A DNA stretch of 64,000 nt from Bryobacterales bacterium (GCA_016789755.1 JAEUQG010000088.1:449-64448); one strand, 5' to 3'; numbered from the stretch's first letter, positions 47,970-56,213 are shown. The notes: generated from the letters alone by a model not told the origin. Program-made: numbers and translations.

Positions 47970-48537
47970 ACAGGCTCCCCCCCAATTCCCGCCGCAACCA
48001 TCGCTCCGCGTAGATCCACTCCTGCCGGGCTTTCTCGTCCGACACCTCCATCACCTCCCCGATCTCGCGGAAATTCAGCCCGCAAATCAAATGCATTTGC
48101 GCAACCTTTCCCGCCATTTCATCCCCCGCCAGCAGCTTCTCCAGCGCGATGTCGATCTCCACCCACGCATACCGGCGCCCGTCGGTGGCGCTCCCTTCTT
48201 CGAGCGGCGCCCGCACCCCCTCCCTCCTCACCGCCATCCGCCGCCGCGCCGAATCGATGAGTATCTGCCGCATCACCCGGGCCGCCGCCGAAAAGAACTC
48301 ATCTCCATTCCGCCACCGCGGCGCCTGCGCCCGGAACATCCGCACGAACGCCTCATTCACCAGCGCCGTGGGCTGAAGCGTGTGCCCCACCCTCTCCCCC
48401 GCCATGAAATGCCGCGCGATGCGCTTCAACCCCGCCTGCGCCGCCTCCAGCAGTTCGTTCTCCACATCGTGCCCCTCTTGGAGTTGTTCGATAAGCTGCG
48501 TGATCCCGGCCTTCGGTTCCACCACATGAGTATACAT
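47959..48537 (-). CDS. ECF sigma factor, TIGR02999/ECF43-like (kinase-associated type)
   Basis: Trimmed to the ATG at 48537. GITQLIEQLQEG......LKRIARHFMAGERVGHTLQPTALVNEAFVRM...EFFSAAARVMRQILIDSARRR...region-4 HTH NFREIGEVMEVSDEKARQEWIYAERWLRREL. No anti-sigma gene is adjacent. Confidence 0.88.
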   Translation of the reverse strand: MYTHVVEPKAGITQLIEQLQEGHDVENELLEAAQAGLKRIARHFMAGERVGHTLQPTALVNEAFVRMFRAQAPRWRNGDEFFSAAARVMRQILIDSARRRMAVRREGVRAPLEEGSATDGRRYAWVEIDIALEKLLAGDEMAGKVAQMHLICGLNFREIGEVMEVSDEKARQEWIYAERWLRRELGGSLFES

Positions 48538-48684
48538 CCCGCCGCCGCCCCCCTCGCGCCGCCGGTCACCGGCATGCAAAAAAAATTCTTCCCCCCAAAG
48601 TCCATCGAAACAAACACCCGTCTCCCACCGGCCCCAGCTCGCCATCCATTATGAGGAAATGCAACCCATTATCATCAAATCGTC

Positions 48685-49308
48685 ATGAAACACTTCACCG
48701 CACCGCAAATCGCCGTCCTCCAAGCCCTCGCCGCGGGCATGACCATCACCGCTGCCGCCGCGCACGCCTCCGTCCCCCGGCCCGACGTTTACTCCTGGTT
48801 CGATGACCCCGCCTTCGTCCATGCCTTCGCTCTCGGCCATCAGGAATACGCCCTCACCGTCCGCGACCGCATGCTGTCCCTCAGCGCCAAAGCACTCGAT
48901 ACCCTCGAAGCTCTCCTCGATAACCCCAAAGCCTCACCCGCCGTTCTCCTCCGCGCCGCCCTCGCACTGCTCACCCGCAAGAATTGGAATCTCCCCGCCC
49001 CGCAAGTCTCCGAATGCCTCACCCTCTCCACCGATACCGCCCAAAAGGCTGCCGCCGACCCCGGCGTCTCCGCCGACGAATCCGCCTACCACCGTCAATT
49101 GACCGAAATCTACTCCAACCCAACCCCAACCGCCAAATCCGCCCCCACTGACTCGTCGCCCACTCCAACACCCCGCAACGCCTCATGCCCCTGCGGCAGC
49201 GGTCAGAAATTCAAACGCTGCTGCGGACGCAATGCCCCGCCCGTCCTTCATGGCACACCTTACCCTTTAGCCACACCGCTCCCTATGGCCACACAGCCGG
49301 AAATCTGA
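48685..49308 (+). CDS. Hypothetical protein with C-terminal SEC-C metal-binding motif
   Basis: CPCGSGQKFKRCCG near the C-terminus, a P/T/S-rich linker, and an N-terminal region (FTAPQIAVLQALAAGMTITAAAAHASVPRPDVYSWF) resembling a small HTH. Divergent from the sigma operon. Confidence 0.7.
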   Translation: MKHFTAPQIAVLQALAAGMTITAAAAHASVPRPDVYSWFDDPAFVHAFALGHQEYALTVRDRMLSLSAKALDTLEALLDNPKASPAVLLRAALALLTRKNWNLPAPQVSECLTLSTDTAQKAAADPGVSADESAYHRQLTEIYSNPTPTAKSAPTDSSPTPTPRNASCPCGSGQKFKRCCGRNAPPVLHGTPYPLATPLPMATQPEI

Positions 49309-49319
49309 CCTCGAAATTC

Positions 49320-49703
49320 CTACGCCCCAACCGCCAGCGCTTCCTCATGGCACGGCACCACCATCGCCGAGAAAGCTGCCAAAGAATAGGGCGATTGCGG
49401 CAGCCACCCCCGCAACCGGTATTCCAATCGCAAATACCGGACGTCAGGGCGACCCGACAAGTCTAATATGTGTTGGTAACGTCCACAATAATACCGGTGC
49501 GGTAGCCGGAGCACAGGGCGCGTGCCCCAGTCCGAGCCGTCCGGCGAACCCCAAACCACAGCATCCAGCGTCTGCTGCTCCATCATGCGCGTGATTTGCA
49601 GGGTGATTTCGATCGGTTGCCCGGCAGCATCGCCCAGGGCAACCACAGGACCGCAGCCATTATCATGGGCGGTCGCTTCAGGAAAGAGGACGATCGGCTT
49701 CAT
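49320..49703 (-). CDS. Hypothetical protein (127 aa)
   Basis: Clean ORF 13 bp downstream of the aminotransferase gene on the same strand. No family recognised. Confidence 0.5.
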   Translation of the reverse strand: MKPIVLFPEATAHDNGCGPVVALGDAAGQPIEITLQITRMMEQQTLDAVVWGSPDGSDWGTRPVLRLPHRYYCGRYQHILDLSGRPDVRYLRLEYRLRGWLPQSPYSLAAFSAMVVPCHEEALAVGA

Positions 49704-49716
49704 GGGAGATCTCCAC

Positions 49717-50907
49717 TTAGGTGAGTCTCTTTAAACGTTGCCTTGCCTCCTCCAATGTCTCATATTTTTTGCAGAAACAGAAGCGAATTAGTTGATGACC
49801 ATCCTCGGCCCGCAGAAAGAAACTCGACCCCGGCACCGCAGCCAAGCCACACCTCTGCAAAAGATGCATGGCGAACTCCGTGTCATTCGCAAACCCAAAC
49901 CCCGAGATGTCCGCCATCACATAATACGCCCCCGTCGGCCGAAACGGCCGGAACCCCGTCTCCTCCAACACCGAAACGATATGGTCGCGCTTCTTCTGAT
50001 ACTCGCGCCCCAACTCGGCGTAATATTCATCGTCCAGCCCCAGAGCTGTAACCCCCGCCATTTGCAGCGGATGCGCCGCACCCACAGTGAGAAAATCGTG
50101 TACTTTGCGGATCGAATCCGTCAGGTCCGGAGCTGCCAGCACCCACCCCACTCGCCACCCCGTCACCGAATACGTCTTCGACATCGAGTTCACCAGAATC
50201 CCGCGCTCCCGCATCCCCGGAACCGCCAGCACCGGCACATGCTCCGCCCCGTCGTACAGGATGTGCTCGTAGATCTCGTCCGTAATGCACAAAGCATCGA
50301 ACTCTTGGCACAATCCCGCAATATACGCCAGATCTTCGGCCGAAAACACCCGCCCCGTCGGATTGTTCGGGCTCGTCACAATCACCGCCTTCGTCCGGGC
50401 CGTAAACGCCCGCCGCAACTCATCCCGGTCGAAGGTCCAATCCGGCGGCCGCAGCGCCACCACCCGCCGCACCGCCGAGCACAACTCCGAATCCGGTCCG
50501 TAATTCTCATAGTACGGCTCGAAAACAATAATTTCATCGCCCGGATTCGTCACCGCCAGCAGCGTCGCAATCATCCCCTCGGTCGCCCCGCAGCAGACCG
50601 TGATCTCGCGCTCCGGATCCAGTTCCAAGCCATAGTGCCGCCGGTACTTGGCCGCAATCGCGTCACGAAACGGCTTGGCCCCCCAGGTGATCGAATACTG
50701 GTTGAACTCGGCGTCGATCGCCGCATGCGCCGCGGCCTTCAGCATCCCTGGCGCCGGAAAGTCCGGAAACCCCTGCGCCAGATTCACCGCCTTGTATTGG
50801 ATCGCCAGCCGCGTCATCTCGCGAATCACCGATTCGGTGAAATTCCGCGTCCGCGCGCTACGAAAACGTTCTCGAATTGCCTGCCCCGTCTCGGTTGGGA
50901 TTGCCAT
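49717..50907 (-). CDS. Class I/II PLP-dependent aminotransferase (YbdL/kynurenine-aminotransferase-like)
   Basis: NLAQGFPDFP...QYSITWGAKPFRDAIA...ITDEIYEHI...NSMSKTYSVTGWRVGW (PLP Lys context)...IRFCFCK. Confidence 0.9.
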   Translation of the reverse strand: MAIPTETGQAIRERFRSARTRNFTESVIREMTRLAIQYKAVNLAQGFPDFPAPGMLKAAAHAAIDAEFNQYSITWGAKPFRDAIAAKYRRHYGLELDPEREITVCCGATEGMIATLLAVTNPGDEIIVFEPYYENYGPDSELCSAVRRVVALRPPDWTFDRDELRRAFTARTKAVIVTSPNNPTGRVFSAEDLAYIAGLCQEFDALCITDEIYEHILYDGAEHVPVLAVPGMRERGILVNSMSKTYSVTGWRVGWVLAAPDLTDSIRKVHDFLTVGAAHPLQMAGVTALGLDDEYYAELGREYQKKRDHIVSVLEETGFRPFRPTGAYYVMADISGFGFANDTEFAMHLLQRCGLAAVPGSSFFLRAEDGHQLIRFCFCKKYETLEEARQRLKRLT

Positions 50908-50910
50908 GGA

Positions 50911-51529
50911 GTGCCTTACCCGAAGGTAACCCAGCCGAACTCCGTCCGTAAAGCCGCCCTAACTGCCCGCCCGCTCCCGGCTCACGTTCCCCTGCATGCC
51001 CTTACCCGCCGACAGCCCCGCCGAACTCTGTCCGTACAGCCGCCGGTACACCGAATCCGCCGCGCCGCATCGGCCTTCCCGTCAGCGTCCTTTCAGAACC
51101 AGCCAACGGCGTCCGGCTTAATTGCCCGCCCGCACCCGGCTCACGTTCCTCTGCATTCCTTTACCCGTCGGCAGCCTCGCCGAACTCTGTCCGTACAACC
51201 GCCGGTACACCGAATCCGCAGCGCTGCATCGGCTTTCCCGTCAGCGTCCTTCCAGAGCCGGCCAACGGCGTCCGGCTCAATTGCCCGCCCGCACCCGGCT
51301 CACGTTCCCCTGCATGCCCTTACCCGCCGGCAGCCCCGCCGAACTCTGTCCGTACAGCCGCCGGTACACCGAATCCGCAGCGCTGCATCGGCCTTCCCGT
51401 CAGCGTCCTTTCAGAACCAGCCAACGGCGTCCGGCTCAATTGCCCGCCCGCTCCCGGCTCGCGTTTCCCTGCATTCCCTTACCCGCCGGCAGCCCCGCGG
51501 AACTCTGTCCGTACAGCCGCCGGTACACC
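50911..51529. repeat. 159-bp tandem repeat array derived from the 3' end of the lytic transglycosylase gene
   Basis: Full units lie at 50961..51119, 51120..51278 and 51279..51437, each starting a(a/c)(t)tgcccgcccgc and about 90-95% identical by eye. A 92-bp partial unit at 51438..51529 is the real gene 3' end. A degenerate ~48-bp partial lies at 50911..50958. Confidence 0.9.
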
Positions 51530-53616
51530 CCGGCATTGCGCAGCACAATCTGCACGTAATCCCGTGTCTCCGCAATCGGGATCGTTTCGATAAATTCACT
51601 AGGCTCGCGGTACGTCCCCCAATTCAGCCACCGGTTCACCCGCGTCGGCCCGCCATTGTACGCCGCCAGCACATGCTCCCAGCGCGTTTTGAACGAGTCC
51701 AGCAGTTGCCGCAAATAGATCGTCCCCAGCCGCAAATTCATCTCCGGCTCGAACAGCTTCGCCGTCGTGAACCCGCGGATGCCGTTCTTCCGGCTCAGCC
51801 ACCGCCCCGTCGACGGCAGCACCTGCGTCAGCCCGTACGCCTTGGCCACCGAAATCGCCTTCGGATTGAACTCCGATTCCTGCCGGATCAGCCCCGCTAC
51901 GATGTACGGATCGAGATCCTTCTGCCGGGAATAGCGCTCCAGCGCGTCACGGTACGGCAGCGGAAATGCCACCCGCCAAAAATTCACCGGAGCGTCTTCA
52001 AACGGTATATTCAAATACCCCGGCACATACGCCTTCACCGCCCGCAGTGCTTCATCGTGAGCCCCACGGCTGTCCAGCAGCTTCGCCAATTCCATCGCGA
52101 TCACCTGCGGCTGCCCGTCGTTGCGCGCCGCAAACCGCAGTTCCCCTTCGGCCAGTTCCCCCAACCCCGCCGCGCTCAGGAGCCGCGCCCGTTCGAGCCG
52201 CGCCACCGTTGCCCGCGTCGGCTCGAAGCTCAGCTTGATCCGCCGCACCGGAAGTTCCAACCCGGCCAGAAAATCGCCCACTTCAAGCGACGCCGTCGCC
52301 TTGGCCAGCAACGCCGTCTCCAGCCGTTCCTCGGCCAGCATCGCGTAATAGTGGTTCGGAGCGTAATCGGCCAGATGCTGATAGTAAGCCTTCGCCATCC
52401 CGTAGTCGCGCCGCAACTCCGCCTGCCGCGCCAGAAAATAGAAGGAGGCTGGCACTTTCTCCGAATTCGGATAGCGCTTGATGTGCGCCCGGAACAGCGT
52501 CTCGGCATCGGCCGGACGCCGCTGATAGTTCCCCCACGTGATCTTCCAATCGCAGAACGATCCGTCGGGCTGCGCCGAAAACGACGCCGCGCACGTCTTG
52601 TACAGGCCCTCGTAGGTCTCCTGCTCCCCGCGCCCATGATACAGATAGGCCGTCGTCAAAATCGACTCCAGCCGCCACTTCGAGTTCGGATACTTCCGCT
52701 CCACCTCGGCCAGGTGGGCCCGCATGTCGCTTTCCCGGTCCAGCCGCTTCGCCAGATACGTCAGGTGATACAGCCGCTCGGCATCGGCTTCCGGCGAATT
52801 CACCTCCAGCCCGCGCAGGTATTTATAGGACGCCAGCATCTGACGGCCCTTGTAATCCATTACCCCCATGCGCACCCGCGCCAGATCGCGGTCATCCCCC
52901 GCCAGCGAGGACAGCGATTGCTCCAACTGCTGCTTCGCCTCGGCATAGCGGCGCGCGTTGGCCAGCGCATTGGCCCGGCCCAACAGCGCTTGCGCCAGCA
53001 CCGGCGGAAACTTTTCCCCCAACGACGCCTTCAGCCGCACCAGCGCCAGCCCAGCCTCTCCAGCCGATTCCGCAGCCGGGTATCCGTAGTAGACCTTCTG
53101 CCAGGAGGCAGCCGCCGAAATGGGGTCGCCGAGGGCTTCGTAAACACCGGCAAGTGCCGCTTCAGCAGTAGATTGTGGGATATTCTTATAGCTTTGCTTG
53201 AGCAGTGCGAGCGCGTCCTTCGCCCGCCCCAGCTCGACATACGCCTTCGCCGCCGACACCGCCGCTCGTGCCGCGAACGGAGACACCGGCTGGAACCGCA
53301 CCACCGCCGAAAACGCCCCCGCCGCCTTCGCCGAATCCTTCAACTCGGAATACGCAAGACCTTGAAAATAATAAGGATAGTCAGCAAGCTGCGGCATCCT
53401 CGGCAGCGCCCCTTGAAACGTCGCCACCGCCGCCCGAAACGACTTCTCCCGCATCTGCTCCAGCCCGCGCGAGAGCGCCTGCGGCGGAAAGTCCGCCCCT
53501 CTCCCCTGGCCCCATCCCTCCGGGACCAGCAGCGTCAGGCTAGCGCAAAGCGCCAGGGTATTCCGAACCGAGTTTCGATGGGTCATCGTTCGCCAGTGTG
53601 CGTACCAGTTCCTCAT
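51436..53616 (-). CDS. Soluble lytic murein transglycosylase (Slt70-like: superhelical N-domain plus SLT domain)
   Basis: C-terminal SLT motif AGLIRQESEFNPKAISVAKAYGLTQVLPSTG...AAYNGGP, and a long TPR-like helical N-domain. The start is uncertain (ATG 53616 or 53586). Confidence 0.88.
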   Translation of the reverse strand: MRNWYAHWRTMTHRNSVRNTLALCASLTLLVPEGWGQGRGADFPPQALSRGLEQMREKSFRAAVATFQGALPRMPQLADYPYYFQGLAYSELKDSAKAAGAFSAVVRFQPVSPFAARAAVSAAKAYVELGRAKDALALLKQSYKNIPQSTAEAALAGVYEALGDPISAAASWQKVYYGYPAAESAGEAGLALVRLKASLGEKFPPVLAQALLGRANALANARRYAEAKQQLEQSLSSLAGDDRDLARVRMGVMDYKGRQMLASYKYLRGLEVNSPEADAERLYHLTYLAKRLDRESDMRAHLAEVERKYPNSKWRLESILTTAYLYHGRGEQETYEGLYKTCAASFSAQPDGSFCDWKITWGNYQRRPADAETLFRAHIKRYPNSEKVPASFYFLARQAELRRDYGMAKAYYQHLADYAPNHYYAMLAEERLETALLAKATASLEVGDFLAGLELPVRRIKLSFEPTRATVARLERARLLSAAGLGELAEGELRFAARNDGQPQVIAMELAKLLDSRGAHDEALRAVKAYVPGYLNIPFEDAPVNFWRVAFPLPYRDALERYSRQKDLDPYIVAGLIRQESEFNPKAISVAKAYGLTQVLPSTGRWLSRKNGIRGFTTAKLFEPEMNLRLGTIYLRQLLDSFKTRWEHVLAAYNGGPTRVNRWLNWGTYREPSEFIETIPIAETRDYVQIVLRNAGVYRRLYGQSSAGLPAGKGMQGNASRERAGN

Positions 53617-54436
53617 GCAGATAATCGGACATGGACGGCGCGGCCAACAGGAATTCCTGCCGGTAGCGTTCCCGCCCGGAATCGATCGGCTCTTTCAGTT
53701 GGACGTACAACGATGCATTCCGGCGTCCGGAATCGACCGCCGGCTGTTCGAATAGCAGCAGACGGGCCACTTCCCGCCGCGCGAAGTTCTTCGCCTTCGT
53801 CTCCAGCACTTGCCGCTCGTAGCTCTTCTCCGCCGGAGCAATCTGGATCAACACCGGCCCCGCCACGGCCTCGGCTTCCGGTACAGGCTCGGGCTCAGCG
53901 GCGGGCGGAGCGGCCACCGGCACGGGCATCGTCTGCGCCGCCAGCATCGCCACCAGCTCCAACGCCTCCCGCGGCGGCTTCACCTTGTCCTCGGCATAGA
54001 GCACGGCACACACCGTCTCCCCATGGAACACAGGCACCAGGTAGCAGCGCGGACTCAGCGCCTCGCCCAGCCGCGCGGCCGCCTCCTCCCCTAACTCAGC
54101 GGCGGTGCGCATCGTGATCACCGTGTCGCGCGTCTCCATCGCCATGGCGAACGCCGGCGCCTCGGCCACCTCCCCGGCGGCAAACACTGCCACCCGCGAG
54201 GCATAGGCCGACGCCCCCTCTTCGAGAATGGTCTTCCATTCCTCCACCGACTCCGCCATCCGCAGCCGCCGCGCCAGTTGGTTCAACCGCTCCGATTGCG
54301 CCCGGTCCCGCCGCTCCAACTCCTTGGCCAGCTTCGCCGACAACTCCGCCAGACGGTTCGTCAGCGCGTGCTCGGTCTGCGCGAACGCCTGCCGCGTGGC
54401 TACTTCAAAATCGGCAAATGATTCCGCCAGAGACAT
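53540..54436 (-). CDS. Hypothetical protein (coiled-coil N-terminus, GAF-like middle, conserved-looking basic C-terminal module)
   Basis: 298-aa ORF divergent from the histidine kinase gene. Its 3' end overlaps the slt start region by 47-77 bp. No family confidently recognised. Confidence 0.6.
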   Translation of the reverse strand: MSLAESFADFEVATRQAFAQTEHALTNRLAELSAKLAKELERRDRAQSERLNQLARRLRMAESVEEWKTILEEGASAYASRVAVFAAGEVAEAPAFAMAMETRDTVITMRTAAELGEEAAARLGEALSPRCYLVPVFHGETVCAVLYAEDKVKPPREALELVAMLAAQTMPVPVAAPPAAEPEPVPEAEAVAGPVLIQIAPAEKSYERQVLETKAKNFARREVARLLLFEQPAVDSGRRNASLYVQLKEPIDSGRERYRQEFLLAAPSMSDYLHEELVRTLANDDPSKLGSEYPGALR

Positions 54437-54548
54437 AAAACAAGTGATGACGATATTGTACTGGGGAATGGGCGGAGACGAAAGCCCCCGTAAGGCGTTT
54501 TGCTGCGGCCCTAAAGTGAAAAGCCCTTACTCACGATAGATCAAGGGA

Positions 54549-56213
54549 GTGGCCGGACCAGAGAAATCTCCAGTACTTGCCGACGCGGCGGACGTCCTCA
54601 GCGATCAGCTCCGGACCCATATTCAGAAGCTTGCCGGCTTCCTGAACCCCCATGCCGCATCCATTAACTCGCGCTTTGAGAAGCGCTTGAAGACGCTGCG
54701 CTACGGCGCCAAGGAACGCAACGCCCTGCAGGCCATCACCCCCGGCGCGGTCACCCGCACGGTGGCCTCCGGCCAGCCCATGGCAGCCTTCTTCGAGCAG
54801 GTCGAATACCACGGCCGCCGCCTCGCCAAACTGAACCTGCCTCCAGGTCAGGTCCTTACCGCACTTGAGGAATACGACAAGCTGCTCGCCCCCATGCTGC
54901 ACCGGCTCTTCCCCGAAGAGTTCGCCAACTTTCAATGGGTGCGCGAGCAGTTGCACTTCTGCGTCATCCTCACTTTAAACAACGCCTATTACCAGGTGCG
55001 CGAGGCCGAAACCCAGGCCTTCTATGAGCTGTTCCGCGTCGAGCTGGAATCGCGCAACCTCGATGAACTGCTGCGCCGCTTCCTCGCCTCGCTCGCCCAG
55101 TTCTGCCGCGCCGATGCCGCTCATCTGTTCCTGCTCGAGCCGGCCTCCGGACAGTGGCAGTGCAAGAGCAGTTTCAGCCGCCAGCCGCGCCGCCCCGCCG
55201 CTCCCCATCTGAACGGGCTGATGCAGGACCGCAAGGTCCTTGCCAGGCTCAAATCCGGCCACTGCTGGAGTTGGGAAGGCGCCGAGCCCGGCAGCGCCGT
55301 CCTCCTTGACCCTGCCTGGAAGAAGCGCTACGGCTCCTGTTGGTCGGTGCCCCTCACCATGGGCGATGCCTTGGCTGGCGTGATGCAGTTCGGCTTCAAG
55401 AAGTTCTACGAATGGCTGCCCCGCGAACAGGAGTTGCTCGCCGCCGCCGCCGAACGCTGCCTGCTCTCGGCCGAAAAGGCCCGCCTGGTTGAGGACCTCG
55501 CCAAGCGCGAGGAGCAGGTCCGCGCCTTGGCCGAGCACATGCTTCACGTCGAGGAAGCCGAGCGCCGCCGCATCAGCCGCGAGTTGCACGACGAGGCCGG
55601 TCAATCGCTGCTCTGCGTGCGCCTCAACCTGGAGATGATCGAGCAGAGCCTGCCCGAAGAAGAATCAGCCCGAAGCCGCTTGGCCGAAGTAAGAGAAATG
55701 ACCGAGCGTACCATCTTAGAGATTCGCCGCCTGATCGCCGCCCTCAGCCCGGCCGTCCTCGAGCAGCTTGGGCTGGGCGCCGCCCTGCGCCAGTTGGTGA
55801 ACCGCTTCCGGCAGATGCATCCCGCCAAAGTGCGCTTACAAATCAGCAAGTTACATCACTTGCCGAAGAAAATCGAGATTATCGTGTACCGCCTCGTGCA
55901 GGAATGTTGTAACAACATCGCCAAGCATTCGATGGCGTCTCATGTAAACCTTTCGGCCACAACTGCCGATGGAGTACTTAGATTGCAGGTTGAAGATGAC
56001 GGAGTTGGTTTTCATGTGGAGGAAGCGTTAGAGAAGAGAAACTCATTCGGTCTGGCCGGCATCCGGGAGCGCGTCGCCCTTATGGGCGGCAAGTTCCAGA
56101 TCGAAAGCCAGCCCAACGGCCCAGCGGGGGAGAGATCCAAGGAAGCCCGCCTCAGCCGCGGCACCCGAATCCGGATCGAACTGCCCATCCACCCAGGAAA
56201 ACAAGCTCGGTAG
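54549..56213 (+). CDS. Cytoplasmic sensor histidine kinase (GAF-like plus HisKA_3 plus HATPase_c, NarL-partner type)
   Basis: H-box EEAERRRISRELHDEAGQSL (HisKA_3 type). ATPase motifs are present: ECCNNIAKHS, VEDDGVGF, GLAGIRERV. No TM segments seen. Confidence 0.88.
   Translation: MAGPEKSPVLADAADVLSDQLRTHIQKLAGFLNPHAASINSRFEKRLKTLRYGAKERNALQAITPGAVTRTVASGQPMAAFFEQVEYHGRRLAKLNLPPGQVLTALEEYDKLLAPMLHRLFPEEFANFQWVREQLHFCVILTLNNAYYQVREAETQAFYELFRVELESRNLDELLRRFLASLAQFCRADAAHLFLLEPASGQWQCKSSFSRQPRRPAAPHLNGLMQDRKVLARLKSGHCWSWEGAEPGSAVLLDPAWKKRYGSCWSVPLTMGDALAGVMQFGFKKFYEWLPREQELLAAAAERCLLSAEKARLVEDLAKREEQVRALAEHMLHVEEAERRRISRELHDEAGQSLLCVRLNLEMIEQSLPEEESARSRLAEVREMTERTILEIRRLIAALSPAVLEQLGLGAALRQLVNRFRQMHPAKVRLQISKLHHLPKKIEIIVYRLVQECCNNIAKHSMASHVNLSATTADGVLRLQVEDDGVGFHVEEALEKRNSFGLAGIRERVALMGGKFQIESQPNGPAGERSKEARLSRGTRIRIELPIHPGKQAR

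Noticed and set aside
50911-51529. Could the 159-bp repeats be a CRISPR array or a repeat-protein gene?
   Set aside because: The units are contiguous with no unique spacers, and 159 bp is far longer than CRISPR repeats. In the slt frame each unit carries its own stop codon, and the open plus-strand frames are antisense-type R/P-rich sequence.
49792-54117. Giant 1441-aa plus-strand ORF spanning the aminotransferase, repeat array, slt and hypothetical genes
   Set aside because: It is antisense to four well-supported minus-strand genes. The translation is R/P/H-rich low complexity with no motifs, as expected for an open antisense frame in high-GC DNA.
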